Counted from the first letter of the stretch, positions 1 through 10,789 are shown. The stretch: DNA of 64,000 nucleotides from an uncultured Verrucomicrobiae bacterium (GCA_963834385.1 CAWIBO010000002.1:1283967-1347966); one strand, 5' to 3'. Notes: a model not told the origin generated them from the letters alone. A program made the numbers and translations.

Positions 1-484
1 CAGCCAGAACAACGATCCCGAGCGCAAAAAGCCGGAGCTGGAAGCGAACCTCGCGCAGTTCGAACTCACTCCCGGCGATGTTGTAAAGCCAGGCCACTCC
101 GGCGATGAGGCTGAGGAGGCAACCAAAGGTGACCCAGGGCTGCGGCGAAACCGTGCCGGGAAGCGGGATCTCAAAGTCCGCGGTCACCGCGGTGCGCCAG
201 GCCGGGGCGGCTCCGAAAAGGTCGGCCGGGAGAAAGGCGAGGATGGCATAGCCGACGAAGGCCAGGAGAAGAAGGTTGAACCAGAGGCCGAGGGAACGCA
301 GGGGGGGATCGACCAGAAGGAGGAGGCCCACCAGCAAAACCACGATGCCTTCCGCCCATTTTTCCGTGGCGCCGCCGAGGAAACAGGCGATGACCGGGAT
401 CCAGGCGGCGGTGGCATTAAGCCAGCGCGGCTGGCCGATCAGGCGGCGGGCTGAGGAGGAGGGAGCGGGAGGGGCTTGGGCCAT
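1..484 (-). CDS. Multi-pass membrane protein, probably O-antigen ligase/polymerase-like (runs off window edge)
   Basis: Manual translation from ATG 484: MAQAPPAPSSSARRLIGQPRWLNATAAWIPVIACFLGGATEKWAEGIVVLLVGLLLL...PQPWVTFGCLLSLIAGVAWLY...; open to position 1, several TM helices; family inferred from EPS context. Confidence 0.6.
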   Translation of the reverse strand, partial: MAQAPPAPSSSARRLIGQPRWLNATAAWIPVIACFLGGATEKWAEGIVVLLVGLLLLVDPPLRSLGLWFNLLLLAFVGYAILAFLPADLFGAAPAWRTAVTADFEIPLPGTVSPQPWVTFGCLLSLIAGVAWLYNIAGSEFELREVRFQLRLFALGIVVLA

Positions 485-503
485 TGGGTGGCGGCAACAA
501 CTT

Positions 504-520
504 TTGGTATGCTAATAGCT
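504..520 (+). promoter_or_regulatory. Putative sigma-54 (-24/-12) promoter for priming glycosyltransferase
   Basis: TTGGTATGCTAATAGCT: GG 506-507, GC 518-519, GG-N10-GC spacing. Confidence 0.45.
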
Positions 521-631
521 CAATCTGTCTCAGCTTCTTCCTGCTGTGCTTACTTCCAAATTTCACTCCCGCCAAGCCTCCGTTACGGTGCGACCGTGCC
601 GGTCCCGGCCTGGCCGTGAAGGCCGACTCCG

Positions 632-2038
632 ATGGTAACACAGCGGACGGAGGGCCTTTACCGCCTTTTCCTGCTCTGCCAGATCGCGGTGGTGGCCGCT
701 CTTTTCTGGTTCGGGGTCTGGATCATGGTGACTTTTTACTCGGAAAGCGCCGAACTGACCTGGCGGCGTTACAGCATCTATTGCTTCGCCCTCATCCTCG
801 GCCTGACCTTTGAGTCGCTCAGCCGGAACGGGGCCAAGACCTACTTCATGCAGAGCGAGCTGCTGCGGCAGCATCGGCTGAGCCTGCGGCAGACTTTCGC
901 GAGCACGGGCGCGCTGGTGCTTTACCTGATCGCGACGAAGGACGCTTTCATTTCGCGAATCTTTTTCTTCAACTTCATTCCGTGGCTCTACGTCGCGCTG
1001 CTCTTTTCCCATCACTACCTGCCGGCCTTCCTGGCCCGTGGAATTTTTGCGGGGGTGCGCGAGGAGAAAACTTTGCTCGTGGGGACAACGCGGAAGGCGA
1101 CGCAGTTGAAGCCGTGGTTGCGGCGGAAAAGCGAGATCGGGCTGCGCGCCGTCGGCATGTTGTGCGACGAGGGCATCGCCTCGACCGACGACGGCATTCC
1201 GGTGCTGGGCCGGACGGACGACGTGGAGCGCGTGGTGCGGGAGCATGGGATCACGCAGATCATCCTGCTCGAGTTTCCCGAGTTCAGTGCGGTCAGTGAG
1301 CGGCTGATCCGCGCCTGCGACCAGCTGGGCGTGCGCCTGATTATCGTGAGCGACCTGGAGGAGAAACTAAAACACCCGATCCGTTATTTCGAGGACGACG
1401 GGTTTCGCTTTATCGGTCTGCGGGAGGAGCCGCTCGAGAATCCGCTCAATCGCTTCCTGAAACGGGCCATCGACGTGTCGATCTCGCTGCCGGTGACCCT
1501 TTTCGTCCTGCCTCCGCTCGCTCTCCTGGTCTGGATCGTGCAGCGCGTGCAGTCGCCCGGGCCGCTCCTGCATGCCCAGGTCCGGGCCGGCCTGCAGAAC
1601 CGCCAGTTCACCATCTACAAGTTTCGCACGATGCGCCCGGACAACGACGAGGTCAGCCGGCAGGCCGCGATGGACGACGAGCGCGTTTATCCCGCGGGCC
1701 GTTTTCTACGGAAGTTCAGTCTCGATGAGGTGCCGCAGTTCCTGAATGTTCTGCGGGGCGAGATGAGCGTAGTGGGTCCCCGGCCGCACTTGATTGAGCA
1801 CAACAACCAGTTTGCACAGTTGATGCAGGACTACCATGTGCGGGCCTTCGTGAAACCGGGCATCACCGGCCTGGCGCAGGTCCGCGGCTTCCGGGGAGAA
1901 GCGCGCGACAGTTCCGATATCGCGAACCGGGTGGCCTGCGACATCGAGTTTCTGGAAAACTGGAACCTTTCGCTCGAGCTGGGCATCATCCTGCGCACCT
2001 TTGTGCAGGTGGCGTTTCCGCCGCGGTCCGCCTACTAG
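632..2038 (+). CDS. wcaJ: Exopolysaccharide polyprenyl glycosylphosphotransferase (WcaJ-like priming glycosyltransferase)
   Basis: 4 N-terminal TMs, Rossmann-like middle, C-terminal sugar transferase motifs [37 protein letters not shown]. Confidence 0.9.
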   Translation: MVTQRTEGLYRLFLLCQIAVVAALFWFGVWIMVTFYSESAELTWRRYSIYCFALILGLTFESLSRNGAKTYFMQSELLRQHRLSLRQTFASTGALVLYLIATKDAFISRIFFFNFIPWLYVALLFSHHYLPAFLARGIFAGVREEKTLLVGTTRKATQLKPWLRRKSEIGLRAVGMLCDEGIASTDDGIPVLGRTDDVERVVREHGITQIILLEFPEFSAVSERLIRACDQLGVRLIIVSDLEEKLKHPIRYFEDDGFRFIGLREEPLENPLNRFLKRAIDVSISLPVTLFVLPPLALLVWIVQRVQSPGPLLHAQVRAGLQNRQFTIYKFRTMRPDNDEVSRQAAMDDERVYPAGRFLRKFSLDEVPQFLNVLRGEMSVVGPRPHLIEHNNQFAQLMQDYHVRAFVKPGITGLAQVRGFRGEARDSSDIANRVACDIEFLENWNLSLELGIILRTFVQVAFPPRSAY

Positions 2039-2901
2039 CGGACAGCCGCAGGAGACTGCCGGCGTTTGCGAAGCTCGTAGGTTTTCGCCACCGAGAGCAA
2101 CTCGTAAAAGGCATGGAGCCGCGCGAAGTAATATCCTTCGCGGCCGTCGAGAAAGCCTTTTTGCCAGACGTAGATGTAGAGGAAACGGAGGAGCGGGCGG
2201 AACGGAAGGCGGTGTGAGAGCGTCTTGAGGCGACGGCGCCGGCTCACGGGTTGCGCAGCGAGGGATCCGGAACTGCCGACAAGATGTTCGGCAGCGGCGA
2301 CGCGCGCTTCCCAGTTCGAGTAGCGATTGTGCTTCTCGACAAACACGGCCACGGAGGGAAAGGCGTAATGGTCCATCTCAGAGCGGAGCCGCGCGGTCGG
2401 TCCCTGCACAATGACATGCTCGTGGACTTCGTTGTCGCCGCTCTCCGTCACCGCATCGGTCAGTTTTTCGTAGCGGCCAAGGGCGTGACGGAAGAGACGC
2501 AGATTCCAGTTTGGATAATAAGAGTGGCGCAGCCATCGGCCCATGAACATGAAGCGGCGGTTGATCCAGTAACCGGCGATCTCACCGGCCTCGGCGATGG
2601 CGTGCCGAAACTCCTCCTCCGCCTCCGGCGGCAGGACTTCGTCCGCGTCCAGGATAAAGACCCAGGGATGGCGAAAGGGGATGCTTTCCAGCGCCCAGTT
2701 CTTTTTCTTCGGCCAGGTGCCGCCGAAATGAAACTGGACCACGCGGGCGCCGAGACCTTCGGCCACCCGCACCGAATCATCCGTGCTCTGCGAGTCGACC
2801 ACGATGATCTCCTCCGCCCAGGCGACGGACCCGAGGGCGCGCGGGAGATTCTCCGCCTCGTTGCGAATCGGGACGATGACGGAAACGGGAACCTTATTCA
2901 T
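2035..2901 (-). CDS. Glycosyltransferase family 2
   Basis: Start MNKVPVSVIVPIRNE; VVDSQSTD, ILDADE, VHEH motifs; stop overlaps convergent wcaJ stop. Confidence 0.9.
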   Translation of the reverse strand: MNKVPVSVIVPIRNEAENLPRALGSVAWAEEIIVVDSQSTDDSVRVAEGLGARVVQFHFGGTWPKKKNWALESIPFRHPWVFILDADEVLPPEAEEEFRHAIAEAGEIAGYWINRRFMFMGRWLRHSYYPNWNLRLFRHALGRYEKLTDAVTESGDNEVHEHVIVQGPTARLRSEMDHYAFPSVAVFVEKHNRYSNWEARVAAAEHLVGSSGSLAAQPVSRRRRLKTLSHRLPFRPLLRFLYIYVWQKGFLDGREGYYFARLHAFYELLSVAKTYELRKRRQSPAAVR

Positions 2902-3631
2902 GCTCAAGGGCGCGAGGGTCGAGAAAGATCCAGTAGAACGGGCCGGAGCGATGTTCCCACTGGAGGTAGCGCGAAAGCCAGCCGTGCCCGCCGGCCCGAG
3001 GGCCGGGCAGAGGACGCGGCTGGGGCTTGATCCAATGGGCGTCGTGCGTCGCCGCGAACCGTTGGCAGATCTCGCCTCCGAGACCGTCGTCCGGGGCATG
3101 GACTTCGGAAAGGATGGTGGCGTGGCGAAGCCCGGGCACCCGTTCCGGATCGAGGAGGATGCGTTCGTAGCCTTCCACGTCCGTGACCAGGAGCGACCCG
3201 GGGCGCAAGGCCTCCTGCAGATCGACCGGTTCACAGCGTCCCCGGATGGCGATCATCTCTTCGACGCCGTTGGCGCAGGCCAGTTTCTGGAGAAGGTCAC
3301 GCCCTTTTTTTTCCTGTTCAAAAGCGACCACGCTGGCCCCTGGAAGGGCGCGCGCGAAGCCCACGGCGTAATATCCTTCCGCCGCCCCGACATCGACGAC
3401 GTGGTCGAAACGGCGGCGAAGGAGCCGGTCAATGATCGGATGCAGTTCGGCTTCATAGGTCCCGAGCAGCTTCGGGCCAAGGGCGCTTCCGATGGAAGTC
3501 AGAATATAATCCATCCCGACAAAGGGACCGCTGGAAACCTTGCCGCCGGTGAGAAGGAAAGCGACCAGACCCGGGATGGTGCGCTGGCGAATGGCGCCGA
3601 GAAAAATGCGGAGGCGAAAACGCAGCTTCAT
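2894..3631 (-). CDS. Class I SAM-dependent methyltransferase (FkbM-like)
   Basis: VVDVGAAEGYY motif I, VAFE, TDVEGYE; within EPS operon. Confidence 0.8.
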   Translation of the reverse strand: MKLRFRLRIFLGAIRQRTIPGLVAFLLTGGKVSSGPFVGMDYILTSIGSALGPKLLGTYEAELHPIIDRLLRRRFDHVVDVGAAEGYYAVGFARALPGASVVAFEQEKKGRDLLQKLACANGVEEMIAIRGRCEPVDLQEALRPGSLLVTDVEGYERILLDPERVPGLRHATILSEVHAPDDGLGGEICQRFAATHDAHWIKPQPRPLPGPRAGGHGWLSRYLQWEHRSGPFYWIFLDPRALEHE

Positions 3632-4728
3632 GCGACGGGAGAAGAGGTGGGGCGAAGGAGAGTGGTGTAGCCGGAAAGATAACCATCGAGCATGCGGTCG
3701 GTGGTGAAACGCGCGGCATTTTGCAGGCCTGCGGCCACCAGCGCATCGCGGAAGGCCGGATCCCGGAGGGAAAGGATGTGCTGAACAATCTGGCCTGCCT
3801 CAGAGGGATCGTGATAAAGCGCACCGGCGCCGCCGATCTCGGGAAGAGAGGTGGCGTTGCTGCAAATCACGGGGCAACCACAGCTCTGCGCTTCGATCAC
3901 CGGCCAGCCGAAGCCTTCATAAGTGGAGGGGAACAGCAGGGCAAAGGCGCTGGAATAAAGCGCCTCCAGTTCCCGGTCATCCGGATGCGGCACGGTGATC
4001 AGGCGGTCTCCCGCGCCCGCGGAGGCGAGGAGAGCCGCGTCGGGCGGGTCGCCGGCGAAGACAAGACGGAACTCCGAGGAATCGAGGAGGGAAAGGGCCT
4101 GGACAAGCACGGCCCGGTTCTTCCGGGCGTAGTTGGCCCCGACATGGAGAAGAAACGGCCGGTCGAGCAGGCGTTTGTCGCGGAGACGCTGTGCGCATTC
4201 GGCCCGGGAGAGGCGTTGATAGGAACGCTGCTGGCCGAGGTGGACAACGCGAGCCGGGGGAGCGGCCGGCCCGAACAGGCGCCGAAGCGTTTCGAGGGTA
4301 AAACCGGAATCGCAGAAGGCGAGCGAGGCGGCTTGCAGGCCCCGGCGGAGGCGTTGCGAAAGAATGGAGTGCCAAATCCTGTCGAGGCCGCCGCGCGGTT
4401 CCACGCGATCCTCCAAAGCGGAGAGGTCGTGGCAGGTGACGACGGCGGGTCGCCGGGGTGAACGCGCGATGGCGGCATACCAGGCGTTCCCCTGGTCGGC
4501 CACGTGCACCAGGTCGAAGCGTTCATCATCCAGCCGGCGCAGACGCTGCTCGAAGCGCCATTTCTCCAAACGATTGTGCCAGCGTCCGCCGCGCCCGGGA
4601 CTTGTTTCCGGCTGGAGGAGAACAGCTTCAAGGCCGCGGCTGACCAGGCCTTCCTGCAGCAGACGCGCGAAGCGGTGCATGCTCTCGCGGGGATCGCCGG
4701 GATGATTGCCGAGAATCGCGATCCTCAC
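3628..4728 (-). CDS. Glycosyltransferase family 4
   Basis: TCHDL, LHVGANYARKN, PSTYEGFGWPVIEAQ (EX7E). Confidence 0.9.
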   Translation of the reverse strand: MRIAILGNHPGDPRESMHRFARLLQEGLVSRGLEAVLLQPETSPGRGGRWHNRLEKWRFEQRLRRLDDERFDLVHVADQGNAWYAAIARSPRRPAVVTCHDLSALEDRVEPRGGLDRIWHSILSQRLRRGLQAASLAFCDSGFTLETLRRLFGPAAPPARVVHLGQQRSYQRLSRAECAQRLRDKRLLDRPFLLHVGANYARKNRAVLVQALSLLDSSEFRLVFAGDPPDAALLASAGAGDRLITVPHPDDRELEALYSSAFALLFPSTYEGFGWPVIEAQSCGCPVICSNATSLPEIGGAGALYHDPSEAGQIVQHILSLRDPAFRDALVAAGLQNAARFTTDRMLDGYLSGYTTLLRPTSSPVA

Positions 4729-5294
4729 GATTCGCGATCATGCTCGCGAACAAGTGGCCGCGCGGGATTTCCCACCACGGTTGTCCCCGGGGCGACGTCA
4801 CGGGTGACCACGGCGCAGGCCCCAACAATGGCGCGCTCTCCCACTGTGACACCCGGCATGACGAAAGCGCGGGCGCCGACGAAGGCATCAGCGCCGATGG
4901 TAATCCTGGCCACCTGCAGAGGGAGGGCTTCCTCGCCGAAATCGTGCGTGCCGGTATTAAGATAGGCTTCCTGGGCGACGGTGGCGCGCGGGCCGATCTC
5001 GATTTCGCCGAGGGAATAGGCATTGGCGCGGTCGCCCAGGCAGGCGCGGTCGCCGAGGGTGAGGTTCCAGGGAATGGCAATGCGAGCGCGCTGATGGACA
5101 AAGGGAGTGCCGTCAATCCGGGCATTGAACACACGCAGCCAGAAAAGACGCCAGACGTTCGCCGGTTTCGGCGTCCAGACGCAGAAGACGACCCAGCAAA
5201 ATTCCCAGAGGACCCGCAGCAAACGGTCACCCGCGGGCCAGGGCGACTCGAACTGCGACGCCTGCGCTGGTTTAACCGTGAGTTGCTCGTTCAT
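4725..5294 (-). CDS. wcaF: WcaF-like polysaccharide O-acetyltransferase
   Basis: Start MNEQLT; WRLFWLRVFNARI, IPWNLTLGD, TGTHDF, hexapeptide repeats, VGNPAR. Confidence 0.85.
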   Translation of the reverse strand: MNEQLTVKPAQASQFESPWPAGDRLLRVLWEFCWVVFCVWTPKPANVWRLFWLRVFNARIDGTPFVHQRARIAIPWNLTLGDRACLGDRANAYSLGEIEIGPRATVAQEAYLNTGTHDFGEEALPLQVARITIGADAFVGARAFVMPGVTVGERAIVGACAVVTRDVAPGTTVVGNPARPLVREHDRES

Positions 5295-6405
5295 GCTGGG
5301 AAAGGAGGGATTGAAAGTCGGCCAGGAAGAGGTCCGCCATGTTAGATAGCGAAAACCTTGCCGTTTCGCGATATCCTTTGTCGGAAATCTCAGCCAGGCG
5401 ACTCTCGTCCCCGGCCAGCGCCACCAGCTTTTCCTGCAGGGCCCGGGCCTTGTCGCCCCGGCGGTGGTCAAAAACAAAGCCGGTCTCGTTTTCGCGCACG
5501 AATCCGCGAAAACAGGCGAGGTCGGAAACAAGGACGGCGCATCCCGCGGCCATGGCCTCGAGCGCGGCCACCCCGAAGGTTTCACCCCGCTCCGCCAGGG
5601 AGGGATAAACGAAAAGCCGCGCCTGCTGCAGCTCGCGGGCCAGGGCGCCGTCGGCAAAGAGTCCACCCGTGAAAACCACCGGGGCATCGCCGGCCGTTTC
5701 CTTGAGCCGGGCGAGGTAGGGTTCGCCGCCGCCGCCGTGTCCCGTTTCCCAGGGGCCCACGATGCGCAGGGTCCAGTCCGAGAGCGGACCGCGCCAGGCC
5801 GCGGCGAATGCCTCCACGAGAAGGTGCACCCCTTTTTCCGGGTGAACCCGGCCGGCGTAGGTGATGATGGGGGATCTCCCGCGAAACGGGGAGGGGGGCG
5901 GCCCGGTCTCCACCGGAAACGGGATCACGCGGACCCGCTCCGCCATTTCCGGCACCTCGCTGATGATGGCGTCCCCGATGGCGGGTGAGAGGGCATGCAG
6001 CCGGGCGGCGTTGGTATAGAAGCGCAGCTGGCCCTTGGGGAAACGCCCGACATGGATATAAAGGCGGCCCCGGGATAGCGGAGGGCGGAGCAGCGGCAGC
6101 CAAAAGGTGTTACTGACCAGGATGTCCGCGGGAGGAAGAAGCCTCCGCACCCGCAGCGAATAGCCGAGATCGAGAAGCTTCAAGAGGAGGAGCGAATCCG
6201 GCGTATCATGACCCCTGGCGCGAAGGTGATGCACTCCCTCGCTCGTCTCCTCCTCCGCCCAGCCCGGCAACAGCCGCGAGATCATGGTGATGTCATGGCC
6301 CCGCCGGGCGAACTCCTTCGCGAGCGCGAACCATACCTTCTCCACCGCCCCGCCTTTGACCGGCGGCACGGGAAGAAAGGCGCCGGTAACGAGCGTTATT
6401 TTCAC
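5272..6405 (-). CDS. Glycosyltransferase family 4
   Basis: PPVKGGAVE, YAGRVHPEKG, ETFGVAALEAMAAG. Confidence 0.9.
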   Translation of the reverse strand: MKITLVTGAFLPVPPVKGGAVEKVWFALAKEFARRGHDITMISRLLPGWAEEETSEGVHHLRARGHDTPDSLLLLKLLDLGYSLRVRRLLPPADILVSNTFWLPLLRPPLSRGRLYIHVGRFPKGQLRFYTNAARLHALSPAIGDAIISEVPEMAERVRVIPFPVETGPPPSPFRGRSPIITYAGRVHPEKGVHLLVEAFAAAWRGPLSDWTLRIVGPWETGHGGGGEPYLARLKETAGDAPVVFTGGLFADGALARELQQARLFVYPSLAERGETFGVAALEAMAAGCAVLVSDLACFRGFVRENETGFVFDHRRGDKARALQEKLVALAGDESRLAEISDKGYRETARFSLSNMADLFLADFQSLLSQHERATHG

Positions 6406-7553
6406 GAGGCAAATTCCTCCAGGACCTTCAGCAGACCCTGGGTGGCCTGCCCAATTTCAAAGCGTTCAGTGAAACAGCGCCGTGCCTGCCCGCGCATTTC
6501 TTCCTGAGTTCCGGGGGTGAGCGCAAGCCATCGCCGCAACAGGCGTTCGGTGCCCGCGAGGTTGTCCGGTTCGACGAATCCCGCGCCGTCCTGCTCGATT
6601 TCCCGCCAGATGTTGACCCGGTCGGAAAGAAGAACCGGCAATCCATGCGCGAGGGCTTCCGCCACCGCCAGGCCGAAGTTCTCCTGATGGGAAGGCAGAA
6701 TGAAAACATCGGCGGCGGCCAGGGCGGCCTGCTTCAGTTCGCCCTCCAGCATGCCGGTGAAGAGGATGCGGTCGCGGCAGGCGCTGGCGGCGGCCTGCCG
6801 GCGGAGCCGGTCGCCCCAGCCGGCGAGGTCGGGTCCGGCAAAAACAAGCGCGGGATCGGCATGATCGCGCGCGATCGCCTCGAAGGCCTCGAGGAGGAGG
6901 TCGCCTCCTTTTTTGGGATCAAGACGTCCGAGGTAAAGGATCACGCGACGGTTGTTCAACCCGGGGAAGGTGGCGCGGAAAAGATCAGCCTTCGGCTTTT
7001 CCAGGGCGGCCGGGTCCTCCACGCCGAGGGGGGAGACCCGCTCCCGGGCGCGATAGAGCCAGAATGATTTTCGCGCTTCGAGCTTTTCCTCCTCGCAGGT
7101 GAAGATGACGGCGGCGGCATCGCGCAGGACGCGATACTCGGCCCAGGGCCAGTAGAGCCATTTTTTCAGGTGCTTGAGCGGGTAGGTCCGCTTGAACCAG
7201 GGGTCGAGCATGCCATGGGGAAAAACGAAATAGGGTGTCTCGGAGCGCGCGTAACGCCGCCACGCCGCGAGGCTGAGATGCTGCCAGAGTCCATGCACGA
7301 CGACGGCGTCGAAATCGGCGCCATGTTCCTCAAGCCAGGCGGGGAGACGGGTCGAGAACTGATAGGAGCCGAGGCCTTTGCCCAGCGCGGTGACGCTGCC
7401 ATCCGGTGGGACCCAGGCCGCGGCCGGGTCGTCGATCGCGACCACATGCGACAGGTGACCGAGCGCCGGGAGCGCGCGGTGCAAGCCAAGGACCGCGCGC
7501 GCCACGCCGCCGGTGGCGGGGTCGAGGGTTTGCACCAGGTGCAGGATTTTCAC
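6402..7553 (-). CDS. Glycosyltransferase family 4
   Basis: GTG start VKILHLV; HGLW, PHGMLDPW, LGRLDPKKG, PSHQENFGLAVAEA. Confidence 0.9.
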   Translation of the reverse strand: MKILHLVQTLDPATGGVARAVLGLHRALPALGHLSHVVAIDDPAAAWVPPDGSVTALGKGLGSYQFSTRLPAWLEEHGADFDAVVVHGLWQHLSLAAWRRYARSETPYFVFPHGMLDPWFKRTYPLKHLKKWLYWPWAEYRVLRDAAAVIFTCEEEKLEARKSFWLYRARERVSPLGVEDPAALEKPKADLFRATFPGLNNRRVILYLGRLDPKKGGDLLLEAFEAIARDHADPALVFAGPDLAGWGDRLRRQAAASACRDRILFTGMLEGELKQAALAAADVFILPSHQENFGLAVAEALAHGLPVLLSDRVNIWREIEQDGAGFVEPDNLAGTERLLRRWLALTPGTQEEMRGQARRCFTERFEIGQATQGLLKVLEEFAS

Positions 7554-8218
7554 TAAACGACAAAGCCGGTCTGGCGCTGGAAATAGGCGAGGTCGGGGGA
7601 AAGCGCCTGCAAACGCGTGGCAGGGATGCCGCCGTAAAGAGAGTGCGTTTCCGTCATGGCCTTGTTCAGGAGTGATTTGGCCCCGAGGACCGAATAATCG
7701 GGCAGGGTGGCGCCGCCAAGAAAGACGCAGTTGGTGCCGACAAAGCAATAATTCCCGATGGAAACCGGGGCCGAAGCCTGCCGATTGCGCGCGAGATCGA
7801 TGGAATGGGTCAGCACCTGCGACTGGAACCCCGCGAAGGTGGTGAAGTCGCCGAGGCGGACAGCGCTGGTGCAGTCGATAAGATGGCGGTGCGTGATGGC
7901 CGAATGGCGGCCGATGACCAGTTCGGGCCGGCGTTCCGATTCCTCGGCGAAGTGAGACGAGGGGCCGGAAGGGAACCCGGTGATCCAGTTGCCTCGTCCG
8001 ATGGAGGAGGAGTCGCCGAGCTGAAGAAGATCGAGGCCTTTGCAGACGGTGAGATGGCCGATGGTCGCGTTCGCTCCGAGAACCAGCCGGCGCGGAAAGA
8101 TCCAGGCGAACCCGAGGTGGCTCGTGGGATGCAGCGAGAAACCGAAGAAGCGTTCCAGAAATATCCGGCGGATCGGCCAGGGAAGCAGCAGGCTGAGGAG
8201 ACCGAGGAGCGTTCTCAT
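7553..8218 (-). CDS. Hexapeptide-repeat (left-handed beta-helix) acyltransferase
   Basis: Start MRTLLGLL; hexapeptide repeats, LTHSID, YGGIPA. Confidence 0.8.
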   Translation of the reverse strand: MRTLLGLLSLLLPWPIRRIFLERFFGFSLHPTSHLGFAWIFPRRLVLGANATIGHLTVCKGLDLLQLGDSSSIGRGNWITGFPSGPSSHFAEESERRPELVIGRHSAITHRHLIDCTSAVRLGDFTTFAGFQSQVLTHSIDLARNRQASAPVSIGNYCFVGTNCVFLGGATLPDYSVLGAKSLLNKAMTETHSLYGGIPATRLQALSPDLAYFQRQTGFVV

Positions 8219-9342
8219 AGGTTCGGGGCCATGCTGCGATAGAGTTCGAGGTAACGCGAAACCATTTGGCGCGCGGTGTAGCGCCGGGCATTTTCGAGTC
8301 CGCGCTCCCGCCACCCCTCGCGGCGGGCGGGATCAAGCATTTCCATCACGCCCCGGGCGAAAGCTTCTTCATCTTCCAGCGGGCAGACGATGGCGCCGTC
8401 GCCCGCGACCTCCGGCAGTGGGGGCCGGTCGCTGCAAATGACGGGGCAACCGCTGGCCTGCGCTTCGATAATCGGCCAGCCGAAGCCTTCGAAGCGCGAA
8501 GGATAAAGCAGCGCGAGCGCACCGTTGTAAAGCGCTTCCAATAGTTCGTTGGCCGGCCCGGGGACATTGACAATCTGGCCGGACAACCCGAGGCGGCTGG
8601 CCTCCTCCATCAGCCCGTGCGCGAGACTGTCGCCCGCGAAAACGAGCTGCGGCCGGCTTTGGGCGGGAACGCGGGCGACGATGCGCAGAATCGCTTCGCG
8701 GTTCTTGCGGCGGAGATTTGAGCCGACATGGAGAAGGTAGGGCCGGTCGGGGGAGAGAGCGGGGAGGGAAGAGAGACGGGACCAAACTTCCAACCGGTCG
8801 AGCGGGCGATAAGGGAAACTGAGACCGACCGGGACCACGGTGAGCCGGGGTTTGGTGGAGTCCGGGCGTGTGATCAGGCGGGCCGCGTCCTCGCGGGTGG
8901 CTTCCGAATCACAGGCAAGGACGTCAGCCTGGCGGAGACTCCGGCGGATCCAGCGCTGCAGAAAGACGCCGGTGGACGAGGCCGGGGAATCGGTCTCCTC
9001 TCCCAGGGCGCCCCGGACGGCGAGGAGATCATGGCAGGTGGCGAGGACCGGTGCGCGCCCGGCGTGGGCGGCATACATCGCGTTGGAGTGATCGCAGATG
9101 TGGACCAGGCTGGCCTGCGCCGCCCGGCGCCGGAGACGGGCGGGAAAAAGAACGAACTTATCGATGTAACCCAGCCACTTGGCGACGGTGAAACCGAACC
9201 GCTCGAAACGGCCGAAGAAGGGGTGCGGCGCCACCAGCTCCGCTGATATGCCGGCTTCCGTCAGACCCCGGTGCATCATGTCAGCGAATCGCTGCATGCT
9301 CTGCTGCCGGTCGGGAGCGTAGTTACCGACCAGCAGCACCAT
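8215..9342 (-). CDS. Glycosyltransferase family 4
   Basis: SMQRFA, TCHDL, PSRFEGFGWPIIEAQ; paralog of 3628..4728. Confidence 0.9.
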   Translation of the reverse strand: MVLLVGNYAPDRQQSMQRFADMMHRGLTEAGISAELVAPHPFFGRFERFGFTVAKWLGYIDKFVLFPARLRRRAAQASLVHICDHSNAMYAAHAGRAPVLATCHDLLAVRGALGEETDSPASSTGVFLQRWIRRSLRQADVLACDSEATREDAARLITRPDSTKPRLTVVPVGLSFPYRPLDRLEVWSRLSSLPALSPDRPYLLHVGSNLRRKNREAILRIVARVPAQSRPQLVFAGDSLAHGLMEEASRLGLSGQIVNVPGPANELLEALYNGALALLYPSRFEGFGWPIIEAQASGCPVICSDRPPLPEVAGDGAIVCPLEDEEAFARGVMEMLDPARREGWRERGLENARRYTARQMVSRYLELYRSMAPNL

Positions 9343-10789
9343 TCTTGCTGACGGCAGCGGATTGATGAATTCTCTCCGCGAAAATCGAGCGGCGGGGGAC
9401 GGAAGAACGCGTGGGCGCTGGCGCGGGCCCGGCCGGGGCGGACGGGGCCGCGTTCATGGCGGCGAGGCAGAGGCCGCCCAGGAGAACGGAGAAGCCGAGG
9501 GAGGTGGGCTGGCCGAACTGGCCGTTGATAATTCCGAGGAAGGCCGCGCTGAAGATGAGGATCGGCAGGGTGTTGCCCTGGCGGAGCGATTGAAGGCTGC
9601 GGTAGCCGAGGTAAAACATCAGCAGCGTGCGCCAGAGGAGAAAGGCGATGCCCAGGGCGGGTCCGCTTTCGAGCAGCACCCGCGCCCATTCGCCCTCCGC
9701 GAGCAGGAATCCGGCGCGGCCGGTGAGGAAGCGCGCGCCGCCGTTTGTGCCGATGCCGAGGCCGTAGCCGAAACGGGGGATCCGGTCGAGGACGCGGAAG
9801 CCCTCGATAAAGCCGGAGAATGTCCGTTCGATCATGCCCCCGGCCACGGTGGTTTCGGCGGCCTCCGCCGATTCGACGAAACGATCCGAGAGGATGCCGA
9901 CCCCCTGCTGCATGATGGGGAGAAAGCTGGAGATCCAGGCGATGGCGGCGGCGAGCAGAAGGAGACGGCCGAAACGCGTCATGGCATCCGGACGGACGAA
10001 AAGGATGAGCGCGAGGGAGAGCACCACGAGGCCCACGGAAGCGACCGCGGAGCGGCTGCCGGAAACGGCGATCGCGCCGAGGAGGGAAAAGCCGCAGAGC
10101 GAGAGAAGCCAGTTCTCCATGCCGCGGGTGAGGGCGCGATGCATGAGGAAGGCGGTCCCGGCGCTCAGATAAAAGATCACGCCGGAGACGAAGGAGAAAG
10201 TGGCGGGAGGCCGGATCTTGCCGCCGCCGGCGGTGATCTGAAGCGACTCGCCCAGGCCGACGGTGCGGTTGATGAAATGCTCCGGCGACGCCTGGAACTG
10301 CACCGCCATGAGGGCGGCCGTCGGAATGATCCCCACGGCGATCCACCAGCCCATCTTGCGGACGTGCTCGATATGAAAAACCTGCGGGATGACGAAGAGG
10401 AGCGGCAAATGCAGAAAGTTCGAGCGATAGCCGTAAAGGGTGACGAAGAGAAACTTCGATGGCGGAAGAAAAGGCTCGAGAACGAGGATCCCGGCGAGGA
10501 ACGAAAGAATGCTGATGCCGAGGAGGGAAAACATGAAGCCGTTCCAGGGGAAGGCGCGGCTCCGCAGGGCGAGGGCGTAAATGAGCAGGACGACCGGGTC
10601 CCGGATGAGAAGGAGCGGATTGGAAAGCTGGGGCAGGGCCCATTTTCGCAGGGCGCCTTCCAGGACCAGGAGGATCAGGTAAACCCAGATCAGTTTGCGG
10701 ATGGCTTCCCGCAGCCGGCCGGCCTCGCCCACCACGGGTGGAGCGGCGCCGGGTGCGGCGCCTTTTCGGATGGGGGGAGCGGGTCTCAT
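9323..10789 (-). CDS. Putative Wzy-type polysaccharide polymerase
   Basis: About 11-12 hydrophobic helices, SGSRS and GYGLGIG motifs typical of O-antigen ligase/polymerase-like proteins; mid-operon. Confidence 0.65.
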   Translation of the reverse strand: MRPAPPIRKGAAPGAAPPVVGEAGRLREAIRKLIWVYLILLVLEGALRKWALPQLSNPLLLIRDPVVLLIYALALRSRAFPWNGFMFSLLGISILSFLAGILVLEPFLPPSKFLFVTLYGYRSNFLHLPLLFVIPQVFHIEHVRKMGWWIAVGIIPTAALMAVQFQASPEHFINRTVGLGESLQITAGGGKIRPPATFSFVSGVIFYLSAGTAFLMHRALTRGMENWLLSLCGFSLLGAIAVSGSRSAVASVGLVVLSLALILFVRPDAMTRFGRLLLLAAAIAWISSFLPIMQQGVGILSDRFVESAEAAETTVAGGMIERTFSGFIEGFRVLDRIPRFGYGLGIGTNGGARFLTGRAGFLLAEGEWARVLLESGPALGIAFLLWRTLLMFYLGYRSLQSLRQGNTLPILIFSAAFLGIINGQFGQPTSLGFSVLLGGLCLAAMNAAPSAPAGPAPAPTRSSVPRRSIFAERIHQSAAVSKNGAAGR

